A stretch of DNA of 64,000 bases, from contig NC_043004.1 in assembly GCF_006345805.1 (NCBI RefSeq), forward strand, positions 46,252,001-46,316,000, read 5' to 3'. Below the pieces are notes generated by a model. That model was given only the letters and a program-made list of their open reading frames with translations, had not been told where the DNA came from and ran no database searches. The position numbers were made by a program, and so were the translations under genes. How positions within the stretch are numbered: position 1 is the first letter of the stretch; each line of letters begins with the position of its first letter. The DNA is from Octopus sinensis. Lineage: Eukaryota. Of the stretch, positions 1 to 13,600 are shown in pieces.

Positions 1-1419
1 CGGTAGATAACTTTAGCAGTGAGAATATATGGAGGTGGACAGGTGAATACATATCTATGTTTTTATTTCCTTGCAATTACGCACTCTGTCAGCTCCCCAG
101 CAAGACGTAAATTACGTCTATTGTTACCGTTGCTCATTTTCTATATTTTGTTCTGTCAGAATCTGTTTGTTAATATTGGTTTGTTATTGGATGTGTTGTT
201 TAGCATATCGAGCATAACTATCGCCAAATGCATCCCAAATTTGACAATTCCGTTTTGTTAGACACCATGTGTCTAAGACTACATCAAGCGATGTGTTATT
301 TTCACATTCTTTTCTCCTTTTCGTTTCTTTGCTAGAAGACGTTAGAGAGTCACATGAGGAAGATTTGGCTGTTAATTTTAGTCAGAAGAACAAGAGCATG
401 TCGAAGTATAAATCGAGTGCACTTCTGTGATTAACAATTAATTATGTATCCCTACCGCAGAACACGGTGACCTACAATATTTCACACTGCCTACGTGTAG
501 TTGAGAAATAGAAAAATTATAAGATTTGTTGCTGTTTTTTGGTAATCTTCGTAATGTTTTTAGTAACAATTGTTTCCATGATAAAGCCAGCGTAAATAGA
601 CAGGCCAATTTCGTTGATATTTTCATTGACGCACATTCATTAATGCCACTGTTGTTGTGTTTACTATCTTTGCTGCTAGTATTATTACTGTTGCTTTTGT
701 CATTGATGTTACGGTTATTATAGATTTCGTTGCTGTTATTGTTGTCTCCGACGCTATTAAGAAAACTACAACTATTGGTGTTCATGCTGCAGAATTTGTA
801 TTTATTGCTGTTCTTTTATGTTCATTTTTGTTTATTTACTGATTTTATTACTGTTTCTCATTCTACAGACCTCTTGTGACGTCGTCGTCGTCGTCGTCGT
901 TGTCGTCAGAGTTGTAGTTGTTATAGTTGTTGCAATGTTTCTTATTGTTCTCTCTAATGCTGCTTCTATTGTCAATTCTTATTCTTACTGTTTATATTGT
1001 TGCAGTTAATGTTGTCAATGTTGTGCTGCTAGTGTTATCCACTCTCTTATATCTCATTGTTTCATTTACATCGACAACAGAAAACTATTGTTCTGATTGG
1101 CTCTGCTATTGATTTTTATGTTAATGTCACTTAAAAAAAAAATGCTGCCGTTTTTGTTAGTGTTTGTCTTGATTTTTGTTGCTACTCTTTTAGTTCCTGT
1201 CGTGCTTTGATGTTCTTTGGATTGCTGATACCATTTTGGCTGATACAGCTGCAAGAAGCTTACTTCAATTTACTTGTTATCCCTGACTTTCTTGACGCTA
1301 CTATAGCTGCTGTTGCGGGAATTGCAAAATATGCTAAAGATTAACTCTTTATAAACCACTATTCCTATTTTCTTGCTCACACACTGTATTCCTTTTTGAG
1401 ATTGGCACACATATATCTG

Positions 1420-1425
1420 TGTTTG

Positions 1426-1456
<31 letters not shown>

Positions 1457-1546
1457 ATTTACGTACGCATGTGTTCGTGTGTAGTTAGCATACACATATA
1501 TTTATCTCTAGCTCCCTCTCTCTCTCTCTCTGTATATGTATATATA

Positions 1547-1579
<33 letters not shown>

Positions 1580-1670
1580 CAATATATATATGTATGTGTG
1601 TGCATGTATTTATGTATATGTATATACGTGTATGGATATATATGTCTATATATTTATGAATACTTGTATA
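1420..1670. repeat. compound (GT)n/(CT)n/(TA)n microsatellite
   Basis: Runs of gt, ct and ta read directly; the overlapping ORFs are low-complexity artefacts. Confidence 0.9.
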
Positions 1671-2792
1671 CTCACATAAAACAGTTTTATTCGAAAGGAA
1701 ATTATAAATAGTGATCCAGGAGAATTTTCTAATGATGTCATAGTTCTGTTGAATATAATTTAGTATCTTGGTAGAAACACATAGAAATTCAGGAAATTCT
1801 AGCATAATAATTATAGTATTTTGGAAAAATATTCCTTCACTTCATATAAATGAAAATACTTGATGTCCATTTCTAATTCAAACATTCCCATACTTTCACA
1901 TTAACTGCTTGAATTGTCCCATTAGCGCAGGATTACACTGTTCATGCGGACTGCTTGGATGTATACCAGAGAGACATTTGGACACATTTCATGCTATATA
2001 GATGTATTCAATTACTCACGCGATTTCGCTTCTCCAAATCGGAGACAGAAATATCTATTCATATAAAAGAAAATCCTATCAGAATTATTTTCTTTCATGG
2101 TTATTTGTTGGATCGAGGGGCGAAAGGTAGAGTGTTTATAAAAACACCGAGCTAAGATGAGCTTGAAATGATGTTTTTTAAGAACATGCTTTACTTCGTA
2201 TATACATTTATTTTTCCTACTAATAAAGAGAAAACAGATGGCTTAGTAAACATAGATGTGTTCAATTATTAGATATTTCTACGATTCATTTAACTCTTCA
2301 GCCTACGTAACTGTAAATAGGAAATCGGAGAAGAGGAAATCTCTTCGTTATATCTATGCCATCACTAAAATTGTCGATGCTGTTGCCGCTGTTGGTGATG
2401 TTTATGTTATTGATATATTTCCGTTGTTGTTGTGATAGTGCTGTTGATAATTGCGTACCATGAAATAAAATCCTGATCTGGCAGACTTATGATCCAAACT
2501 ATTTCAGTCATACCATTCGGTATTTTGTTTTGCAGTCATAATCTATCTAGGAACATTACCCAATGAACACTTCATTGATTTCTCGACGGTGATGTGTAAT
2601 ATGAAAGTTCTAGAAGGTTAAAGAAATACATAAATGCTTCCATTGTTGCTGCTGTTGTTGCTTAGCTTCAGACCATCCCTGTTAGAGGAGATGTGCTAAA
2701 AGGCGTTCCTGCCATGCCTTCTTCGATTATTTGGTTATCTGCTTATGGTATAGTTTCCATTGTTTTCTTTATTTCTTAAGGATGTTAACGTA

Positions 2793-3208
2793 TACTCTCT
2801 CTTTCTCTCTTTACTTGTTTCAGTCATTTGACTGCGGCCATGCTGGAGCACCGCGTTTAATTGAGCAACTCGACCCTGGGACTTATTCTTTTGTAAGCCC
2901 AGTACTTTTTCTATCGGTCTCTTTTGCCGAACCACTAAGTAACGGGGACATAAACACACCAGCATCGGCTATCAAGTAATGCTAGGGGGACAAACACAGA
3001 CACACAAACACACACACATATATATATACATACATACATATATACAACAGGCTTCTTTCAGTTTCCGTCTACCAAATCCACTCACAAGGCTTTGGTCGGC
3101 CCGAGGCTATAGTAGAAGACACTGGCCCAAGGTGTCACGCAGTGAGACTGAACCCGGAACCATGTGGTTGGTAAACAAGCTACTTACCACACAGCCACTC
3201 CTGCGCCT
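2793..3208 (-). mobile_element. tRNA-derived SINE, family A (full length)
   Basis: Minus strand starts aggcgcaggagtggctgtgtggtaag...ggttccgggttcagtc (A/B-box-like head), then central ggccgaccaaagccttgtgagtggatttggtagacggaaactgaaagaagcc, an internal CA/TA microsatellite and a tail ending acaagtaaagagag. At least 6 homologous copies occur in the window. Confidence 0.9.
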
Positions 3209-3683
3209 ATGATTCAAGAGATATTTGTTTTCTATTTCTACTTCTTAACTGAACGTAAAAGTGTTTGTTTTTTTCTCAACCTGCAGAGGTGTGCACTTTA
3301 TACACGTTTCGTGGTTAGAGATAATCTGGAGAAACTTCCCTGAAACTTGTTCTAGATAAGCGTCGCAAAGACGTACATTTAGCTAAAATAGCAATCATAA
3401 ATTATATTAACGAAGTATCCTCGAGACTCATAAGGAAACGTGTTTATCACAAATAAAAAGTTTACCCTTTCTCCGTAATAACTTGCCCCTCCATCTATCT
3501 CATACATCTACCTTAGCATAGATGGAACTCATATACCTACGTTAACACCCCACGCCTAATCAGTCACGAAACATTCTACTCGCTATCAGTTCTTAAATGC
3601 AACCGTATGTGAAGCCTATCTCGGTTAATTTTCCCCGCTGACATCTAACCATATCTCTAATTGAACAATAAGTAAATGAATGG

Positions 3684-3975
3684 CCTTTTATGGATTTCAT
3701 GGAGAGCGAGGCTCACCAATGGAGAAGTTCTTAAGCAGATCAGGCCGAAAATGAAGCTAGAAGCTAGGATCGCCAAGCACAGATTGGCATATTTCGGTCA
3801 TATTATGCGGAGAAAATCCCTGGAGAAGGACATCATGCTCGGAATGGTCAGTGGCAAGAGAGGAAGAGGCCGACCAAGAACCTGCTGGATTGACACCATC
3901 AAGAGCGATACCGGAATGGACATAGCCAGTCTGAAAGAAGCGACCCAGGATAGAACTGACTGGAGGACACTAGAA
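3684..3975 (+). pseudogene. RTE-clade LINE, 5'-truncated C-terminal fragment
   Basis: ORF 3676-3990 has ISWRARLTNGEVL, RLAYFGHIMRR, GKRGRGRPRTCWID and QDRTDWR, typical of the RTE/BovB ORF C-terminus. Confidence 0.85.
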
Positions 3976-4763
3976 ATTCTGCGCTTCTAATTAGACTATA
4001 CCTTATTAAAACAAGTATCAACTAATAATGCTAAACCTTATGGTGGTGTATAATATGACATTATTAGTGTTCAAAACCGTTAATATTTTTTTTTTACAAG
4101 ATGTTTCTATATTTTCATTCGCTGAATTAGAAAACATAATGCATTAGCTAGCAAGAGCTAAAACTCTATAAATATTAAAAAGGCAAACTAGACACTATAT
4201 TGATATGACAACGGTAGCTGTGATAGCGGCATTCTCATATACGAAGGAATAATTTTAAGAATTTCACACGAGAGATCCTGTAGAGCAGATGATAAATGCC
4301 GTTATAATATCAGATCCATATTGCAATTTATCATGCTATCTTAGCATGTTTCATATCCACTTGTTCAAAAATATATGGAGACGCAATAATATCTAAATCT
4401 ACTTCAAGAAAACTATTGGTGTTAGTTGTTGAACCGACATAAGATCTGTTGTGAATCACTGTTGTATTTTAGAAACAGTAAACTTATGATCATACTACTT
4501 AAGAATGGAAAATGTGTCATCATAAATATGCATTTGTCTTCAACAATCAACTTAGCAAGCAGAATCATGTCAGAACGATAATTGTTATTTTACCAAATTC
4601 AGATAAAATCCTGAGATATGTGCAACGGGAATTAAGAATCAAATTATTTACAGTTAGTACAAGGCAATAACGATTGTAGTCAACTATGCCAGTTCTTGTT
4701 AAGTATAATGCTTTATAAGCATCGGAAGTAATATGAAAGCGACTAACAACAGTGATACTCCAA

Positions 4764-5298
<535 letters not shown>

Positions 5299-5522
5299 CA
5301 TCTCACAATGGACGGACGCTAGTCATATCGGCTCCACGTAAGTTGGCCACTTTTACATGTTTAAAACTCCTTGTTGTCAAATATTTTGTTTTAATCGTTG
5401 TGCAAGTTCATTCACTAAAAAACCTGAGAATTATTCACGTAGAATTCCGCCCCTGTATGGGCGAAATTACAAAAAAACTTTCAAAACTTTCGTGGGATTT
5501 TTAGCCATTTTTCATTTTGAAA

Positions 5523-7518
5523 ATGGCAACTAGAAACCACGTGGCTAGCCCGCCAGTCATGCAGAACGGTAGCAAAACACTATTGCTACCACTAGCTGCT
5601 AAACATCGCAGCGTGAACACCGCTGTCACCACCATCACCACCACCAACAACAACAACAACAAATCTAACGTCGCATTCACCATCGCCGCGACCAAAGACA
5701 TTAACTTAGATTTCCCCTCACTCCCCACACCACTTGTTGATGATAAAGGGACAGAGAAAGGGATTTCAAAAATGAATACAAACGAAAACATGAATGCCAG
5801 CACCACCACCATCACCACCACCAACAACAACAACGAAATTGGCACAAAGCCGCCTACCAAAGACAACACCGCCAACACCAACACCACTACTACGACGTCA
5901 AATGCTACATCCAATCCTTCTGCTGCTAATACCGCCAACACCAACACCACTACCATGACTTCAATTAACACTGCCACAATTAACACTTCTACTGCCAAAT
6001 TCAAAACGAATTTTGCGGACGTAACAAAACAAAAAAGAACAATTGTAACATTCACCACACAAGAGATAAACCGCACAAAGGCACTCTTCTCCAAAGAAGG
6101 AGACAAATTGCACCTTCATATTCCACAACACATCGTGGAAAACACACAAAAAAAACAATAATTTATGAAGTAATAAACAAAAAAACAAGAAGAACAGAAA
6201 ATGCACCGCAGGAAAAAATCGATAAATGCCTTCGTCCTGTATGGGACTCCAAGGAATATATCAGTTGGGGAAACAAATTTGGTACAGTCCAAGTACGTTT
6301 CCTCAACGAAAGTTTAGCAAAACGTTTTTCCACGTTGGAGCTGCATTCGGACGACTTGGTAATGATACCAGTCTACTTAAACAAAAGGGTCACGAAAGTC
6401 CAAATAAAAAACATACCATTTGATGTCGAAACACAATGGTTGGTCTCTGCCATCTACTTTGAAATGTCAGAGACAATGTCAGAGACAAACATCCTGGAAA
6501 TCGCGGTTCTAGGAGAGAAAGACTATGTGGGCAAATCAATCGAATTCCTGCTTCAATTGGATGAAGCAGCAAGAGAGAAGATACCCACCGCTATAGAACT
6601 GCCAGGAGGCTACAAACTCTATATAGTGGTAGAGGGCAGGCGACCACGCTGCTATTTGTGTGGAAGCGAAACACACTTGAAAAAGACGTGCCAACCACTG
6701 CACACCAAGAGCAACAACAACAACCACTACCACAACCAAAGCACTCCGGAAAAAAAGCTCTACTACCCACACCACCATCAACACAGAAGACAAGAGAAGC
6801 ACACCAAGCTAATCAGTCATCAACCAAAAACCACTCGACACCTGAAAAAATACCAACACACCACCATCAACAGCAAAACCCAAAGGAACAGAAAAACAAA
6901 GAAAACACACACAAACTGATCCCCCATCCCTTATACCGCACTCAACACACACAAACACTCAACAACCAACAACAACGAAAACAACAACACAACCACTTAC
7001 ACAGACATACATAGAAGCCCACAACATACCCCTACCCCTTCTGATTCCTCAGAAATTTCGTCGGAAGACGAAACCAGTGAGGAATGGCAAATAGCTACAA
7101 AAAGAAGGAAAATAAAGAGCAGAAACACAACCAAACCAAATGCAAACACGACAAAGCAGGGGGAAATACATCTCCCGAAGACATTTCAAAACCCAACGAA
7201 AACAACAGCCACACCAACACCACAAAAACATATACAGCAAACATGCTCACAGCCATAGACACCAAAAACACAAATTTGATGGAATACGTCCAATCAAAAA
7301 CAAACATAACAGAAGATGACATAAAACACAATCACCCATACACAACACCACCAGACCACATCAAAATATTACACATCTCCAAAAGTCTGCACCACACACT
7401 CAAAGGCATTTTCCCCAGTGCGGTTGGTAAATGCCAAAAATATCTCACAAAGAAACTGTACTGGGATCTTCTCGAGGACAAACCAACGGAGGAGAAAGCA
7501 AAAACTTTCGAGCAGTAA
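5523..7518 (+). pseudogene. Tx1-like ORF1 (gag-like, CCHC zinc knuckle), interrupted by frameshifts
   Basis: ORF pieces 5517-6161, 6335-6919, 6658-7014 and 7084-7518 join across A-runs. Knuckle CYLCGSETHLKKTC (CX2CX4HX4C) at about 6650-6690; RRM-like VTKVQIKNIPFDV upstream; Thr/Asn-rich N-terminus. Confidence 0.75.
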
Positions 7519-7549
7519 GTAACCCTCTGTATTCTAATTCATTAGAACT

Positions 7550-10500
7550 ATGATCAAGATTGGTTGTGTAAATGCGCGTGGCTTGGGGTCCCCTTGGAAA
7601 CAAGGGTACTTCTTAAATGACATAAAGTCACATAAGTTAGAAATCATAGCCATAAGCGAGACCAGACTCCACAATCCGCGGGCCCTAAAGACCATGTTTG
7701 GCGGACAGTTCAACATTTATTTTTCCCCCTGTCTGCCGAGAATGGGCGGTAGTGGCACCGCGGTACTTTTTCACAAGAGTCTGGATCTCAATGTAAGGAC
7801 AATATTCGTAGACCCGGAGGGTAGACTGGTCGTCCTGGATGTCGACGGCAGCAATGGGTGCGCTTTTCGACTCGTATCAGTTTACGCACCGCCCTTAACA
7901 GGTCGGGCGAATTTCTTTCAACGTCTAGAAGTTTTCTTGGGAACGTCTCGTCCTTTACTCTTAGTGGGGGATTGGAATGCTACCTTGGACACGCATGTAG
8001 ACTACGTGGGTAGAGATAGGAATAGACGGGGATGCAAATGCCTCAGAGACCTGCTCAGACGCTTTCAACTGTCTGACAGGTTCCGACTAGACCACCCGAA
8101 TGCGCCAACGTGGACATGGAGCAACCGCATCGGGTCGTCGAGATCGTATCTAGATAGGATACTGTGTAGGACAGTAGATAGAGATAGCATAGGATGTCCA
8201 CAATTCCACATAGTCAGCTACACGGATCACAAACTTGTGACATGTACGCTAGACTTAGGTAAGACACTTAGGCAGGGTCCCGGATACTGGAAACTAAACG
8301 CGTCTTTCCCATCGAGACAAGTTTTCAGAGACCGGATTAGCACACTAGTAAAGAGGGCTTTGACGGGAGCCATCATCAACAACAAATGGTGGTTTGCCCT
8401 CAAGAGAGCAGTAAAAGCAGAAGCGATTAGGTACAGCAAAGCACTAGCCATAGATAGAAATAGAGTAGAGGGTGAGCTAGTTAAGAAGCTAGAAGAGGCA
8501 TTTAGAAGCGGCATCGCATCCGACGTTTTGGCGGCGAGGTTGGCCCTCGACCAACACTTCACGCCAAACACGAAGGATGTGCTGTCAGAGCTAGGATGCG
8601 TGCTCTAAGGAACGAAGGTGTTGGAGCCGGGAGAGAGGCCCAGGTGGCAGAGGCGCAACAGGGCAACAAAGCCACCATTCGGTCACTGGTAGATGAACAG
8701 GGGCGAATTGCTCGAGCCAAGTAAAATGTGTGAGGCCTTTCAGCAGCATTTTGCCCGACTGTTCGGAACGAGTGGAGGGCAAGAACGTAGGGTGGACTTC
8801 AGTGCCTACCTACATAGCCTACCACGACTCTCGACAAGAAAGGCAGGGTGCTGCGAAGGTGCCATCACGGCGGCGGAAGTGCGGGAAGCGATGGCAGAAT
8901 GCTCGAGGGACAAATCACCGGGTTTGGATGGTCTACCCTACGAGCTTTACAATTGTATGCCAGACTTGTTTGGAGATCTCTTGGCGGCGGTGTACTGCAA
9001 CTGGCAGCAAAACGGGAGCATTCCTGGTTTTGTGAGCCGAGGAGCCGTAACACTGCTGAAGAAAGATCTAAACAAGGGAAATGTAATAGATAACTTTAGG
9101 CCCATCACTCTGCTTAATGCAGACTTGAAAATTTTGGCCAAGGTGCTAGCCAAGAGGTTGGCGCTTGTCATCGAGAAACTGTCGACAAGGCGCAAACATG
9201 CGCCGTGCCAGGCCGGACCATCCATGACAACCTCCATCTGATGCGCTACATCATAGACAGGGTAGTTAACGAACCTGGCATGGGTGGGGCCCTGATCAAC
9301 TTGGATCAATCGAAAGCCTTTGATAGGGTAGACCATCGATACTTGGAGGCAGTCCTGAGAGCGGCTGGTTTCGGTCCCGTCTTCCGCGGCTGGATAGCTG
9401 CCTTGTACAGAGGCATCCGTTCGGTAATTCGCGTAAATGGACATCTATCGAGACCTTTCGACATTGCACGTTCGGTCCGTCAGGGATGCCCCCTCTCGGC
9501 GCTTCTATACGTATTGACTCTTGAGCCAATACTGCGGAAGCTGGCGACTCTAAGGGGCATCCGGCGAGAATTGGGATGCGGGACGAGCGTGTCTGCATAC
9601 GCGGACGACGTCACCGTCATAGTGTCTAGCCACGAGCACATCGAGCTGGTCGGCGAGACACTGAAAAACTACGAAGCGGTGACAGGAGCGAAAATCAACC
9701 GGGAAAAGTCAGTGGGCTTGCGACTAGGCACCTGGAGAAGCAAGCCCATGCCGTCCACCAGCGCCTCCGTCGTGGGACGCTGGACCGACGGCCCGGTTGA
9801 GTTGCTCGGGGTCTGGTTCGGTCCGGACCTCCAAGTGGAGAGAACTGGAACGAGATAACGAGTAGGGTGGTCACTCTCGCCCGGCAATGGGCCGAGAGGA
9901 AACTGTCCCTAAAAGGTCGAGCGGAGGTGGCGAACACGTACATCGCGTCCGTCATCTACTACCGCCTGACCGTCGTACCTTGTCCCGACCCTACCATCAC
10001 CAAACTACAACGCATCCTCTTTCGCTTCTTGTGGAAAGGATGCGTCCCGATGGTCAGGCGATCCATTTGCTGTCAACACCCGTTAAAAGGAGGGCTGGGC
10101 ATGCCGTGGTTGATGATGCGCAGACACGCGCTGAGACTGCGACATCTCTGGCTCTATGTAGAGACGACGGTGAACAGGTGTGGTCGCCGTTTGTGAGGCA
10201 CGCTTTCCCGCAGCTCGTCTCCATGACCGAACTGCAGTCTTGGATCAAAAAGAGGCCGAGGAAGGGCGAATGGCACCGCGAGTGTCGCGTTGCTCTCAAG
10301 CAACTCTGCCGTCCTGGGTCGACCTTAAGTGACTTCAACACAACCAAAGCATTCTATAGGGGTTTAGTGGAGGGGAGGTACGACGACGAGCTCGGGGCGA
10401 ACCTGGACGTCGACGAGGAGTACCTGACCCGCCTGTTCGGGACGACTTTCGGGCCAGGGCCCATGGACAACTTCCTGAGATCCCTGGCCTGGCAGTGCTA

Positions 10501-10964
10501 CCGAAAAGCGCTACCCGTTCGGGATAAGCTCTACAGACACGGCTCGAGAAACACGGGGCCGACCTGCCCGAGATGCGGTCAGAGCGACGAAACCGTGTCC
10601 AACAATTTCCGACCTGTGGGCTTATGTCGAACAACTGGTGTCACGTGTGGGACGAGTCGGTTTATCAGCTGAGTCTATCGTCAATATTGTCACGCCTCCT
10701 TCCTTCAAACGGGAAGGAAGAGCTAATTTCATCATCCTTGTGGCTATGGCGAAAGAATGTATCTGGTGGACGCGTCTGAAAGGATTGGAGACAAACACTT
10801 TCCTCTCTGGTCAATCTCTCATTAACTTCTTCAAGTACCACTTGAAAAGGAAAGTGAGAGTAGAGAGGCAAGTTTTGTCTAGCGAATGTTTTAAAAAAAG
10901 ATGGGTGAATGTAGCAAGAATGGCACGTATGAATGACGAAGCCACCTTGAGCATAGTCCTATGA
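7550..10964 (+). pseudogene. Tx1-like ORF2: AP endonuclease + reverse transcriptase + Cys motif, about 6 frame disruptions
   Basis: APE motifs CVNARGL, SETRL, VSVYAP, VGDWNA, YLDRIL, TDHKLV. RT motifs KSPGLDGLPYE, FRPITLLNADLKILAK, LDQSKAFDRV, RQGCPLS, YADDV. C-terminal CPRCGQSDETV. Confidence 0.93.
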
Positions 10965-11354
10965 ACCCAGAAATCGAAAACAGAGAGTTGCTTATTTGCA
11001 AAAAAAAAAAAAAAAAGAAATATAAAATGTGACTTCATTGACCGAGGTTACCGTGGTCTTTTCCGTAGGCTTTTCTTTCCACGGGTAAACCTCACCTGTC
11101 CTCCCCTTTACACTTCATATTGACATTTCTGTGATAACGATCCCTATTGATCAATTTTTTTTTTTCCTCTCCCACTTTTTTTTTTTATTTTTTTTTTAAC
11201 CCCCCCTTTTTATTGTCCTCTTTCTCTCCTTTTACGATCCCTTTTGATCGAAACTCCCCCTTCCTTTTTTTTTTTTTTTAAACCTTCAAAAGAAAAGCTC
11301 TACCTTGTAATTTGTTCTATCTGTGTGCAGCCCTGTGTGGCTAAGAAAGAAACA

Positions 11355-11406
<52 letters not shown>

Positions 11407-11560
11407 AATCTATCAATCTATCTATCTATCTATCTATCTATCAATCAATCTATCTATCTATCTATCTATCTATCTATTTGTCTGTCTGTCTCTCTATCTA
11501 TCTATCTGTCTGTCTATCTGTCTGCCTGTCTGTCTATCTATCCATTTGCCTCACTGTCTC
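11355..11560. repeat. (ATCT)n microsatellite, 3' flank of the Tx1 element
   Basis: atct array begins 2-3 nt after the LINE 3' end. Confidence 0.95.
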
Positions 11561-11700
11561 CCTGTCTCTCTGTCTGTTTGCCTTTCTCCCTCCCTCCCTC
11601 CCTCACTCCCTCCTTTTCTCCTCTCCATCTCTCTCTGTATATATGTATGCGTGTGTGTGAGGGTGTGTGCAAATATATTTTATATCTTTTTAATCATTTA

Positions 11701-11969
11701 ATGTTTCGGTCATTTGACTAAGACCATGGTGGGGCACTGTCTTGAGAAACCTCTAGCCAAATGAATCGACACCATTATTATTTTTTAAAACTTGACAATT
11801 ATTCTATCGATCTCTTTGCCGTACCGCTAAGTTACAGAGACGTAAACGCATCATCACCAATTGTTAAGCGATTGTGGGAGACAAACACAGACAAAACGAC
11901 ATACACACACACACAGACGCACACTCAGACATACCCACACTCGTAGATACACACACACACATAAACACG

Positions 11970-12001
<32 letters not shown>

Positions 12002-12586
12002 ATATATATATATATATCTTTATATATAAAAGAGAAGTTGTGTGTCTGTCTCCTACGATTTAGATTCCTAACTACTCCCACATTTTGCGGTGCAGTTTAA
12101 CCAAAACCGGGTATCTTATAGTCGTGATTCATATCGAGCCCTTCTGGGTATTAGCGCGCGTCTACGATGAGTCTACGATAAAAAAAAAATTAACATAATT
12201 TTTTCCATTTTAATGCATTTTTTTCGCTATTATATAAGGGAAGTAACTCTCTAAAAATGTCTAAGATGAGTCAACGATTTAAAAAAAAATTACCATCATT
12301 TATTTTCCATTTTTAATGCATTTCTTTGCTATTTTTTGGCTATTACTCTCTAAAAATGCCTATATAATTATTTCCCTTACAAACCCGAGCAACGCCGGGC
12401 GATACTGCTAGTATATATATATGTATATATATCCGACGGTTTCCGTCTACCAAATGCACTCACAAGGCTTTGGTCGGCTTCAGGCAACAGTAGAAAGCAC
12501 TTGCCTAAGGTGTCACGTAGGAGGACTGACGCCGGAACTGTGTCGTTGGGAAGCAAGCTTCTTACCTCACAGCCACGCCTGTACCT
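11701..12586 (-). mobile_element. SINE family A, diverged, interrupted by a Helitron
   Basis: Tail homology at 11701-11905 and head/central homology at 12433-12586 to the copy at 2793-3208. Confidence 0.75.
12017..12411 (+). mobile_element. Non-autonomous Helitron-like element
   Basis: 5' TC (a|tctttatatataaaagagaagttgtgtgtctgtc), subterminal GC hairpin cccgagcaacgccggg, 3' CTAG followed by T; inserted between A and T with no TSD. Confidence 0.75.
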
Positions 12587-12609
12587 ATATGTGTATATCT
12601 GTTGTACGT

Positions 12610-12910
12610 ATTATGTATGTATGTATGTATGTATGTATGTATGTATGTATGTATGTATGTATGTATGCATGTATGTATGTATGTGTGCATATGTGTGTGT
12701 GTGTGTGCGTATGTGTGTTTGTGTGAGTGTATTCAGGCATGCATAACACATACATGCATACATATGAGTATCCACAAAACACATATGTGTGCATATGTGT
12801 GTGCGCATATGTGTTTGTATGTGCGTGTGTGGACGTGTGTGTTGTGTTTGTGTGTGTGTGTGTATGTGTGTGTGTTTGTGTGTGTGTGTATGTGCGTGTG
12901 TTTGTGTGTG
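12610..12910. repeat. (ATGT)n/(GT)n microsatellite
   Basis: Seen directly. Confidence 0.9.
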
Positions 12911-13441
12911 TAATCAGAAGAGTAGCAAATAAGATGGTAAAATCTCGCAGAATAGGCATTGACGCCGTGAGTTCTTTCACCAGTTGTTGAATCACAATTT
13001 CGAAATATTTCGACATTATTATTCAAATCGACAGTCATAGAAACGTAAGCTACTAAGGTATAAACGCGTAAACAGGATAAACAGACAAGAAGAGAAAAAG
13101 ATGAGAGAAATACAACATAAAATACGAGGACTGAACGAGAAATAAAAACGTGGCGTGAGAAGAGGAGGAAAAGGTAAGTGAAACAAGCATTTAAACAAAG
13201 GAAAAAAATCAGAAAAATGGAATATAGTGTTTCTAGACCAAATAGTAAGTAATGACCGGGGTCGAAGAGAACGAAGAAAAAATTCTAAAGGGCTAAAAAT
13301 GTATAATTAGAATGCCTTTCAAAGTAGCGACGAAATCAAAAGTTGTCTACAAGTAATGACAATAGGAAAGATTAGCTTTTGAGAAACCATTTTTCAGAGA
13401 AAACATTTTTGAGAGAAAGAGTGAGGCTGAAACAAACAGTG

Positions 13442-13444
<3 letters not shown>

Positions 13445-13513
<69 letters not shown>

Positions 13514-13514
13514 T

Positions 13515-13585
<71 letters not shown>

Positions 13586-13600
13586 AAGAGAGAGGGACAG
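13445..13600. repeat. (GA)n microsatellite
   Basis: Seen directly. Confidence 0.9.

Larger units (their letters stand above)
5299..11352 (+). mobile_element. Near full-length non-LTR retrotransposon, L1/Tx1 clade (about 6.05 kb), frameshifted
   Basis: 5' UTR of about 220 nt, ORF1 with a CCHC knuckle, ORF2 with APE-RT-Cys domains, pyrimidine-rich 3' UTR ending ...ccctgtgtggctaagaaagaaa; flanked on both sides by (ATCT)n. Confidence 0.9.

Noticed and set aside
438-1254. Asn-rich and Val-rich ORFs at the window start
   Set aside because: Degenerate (GTT/ATT)n low-complexity sequence.
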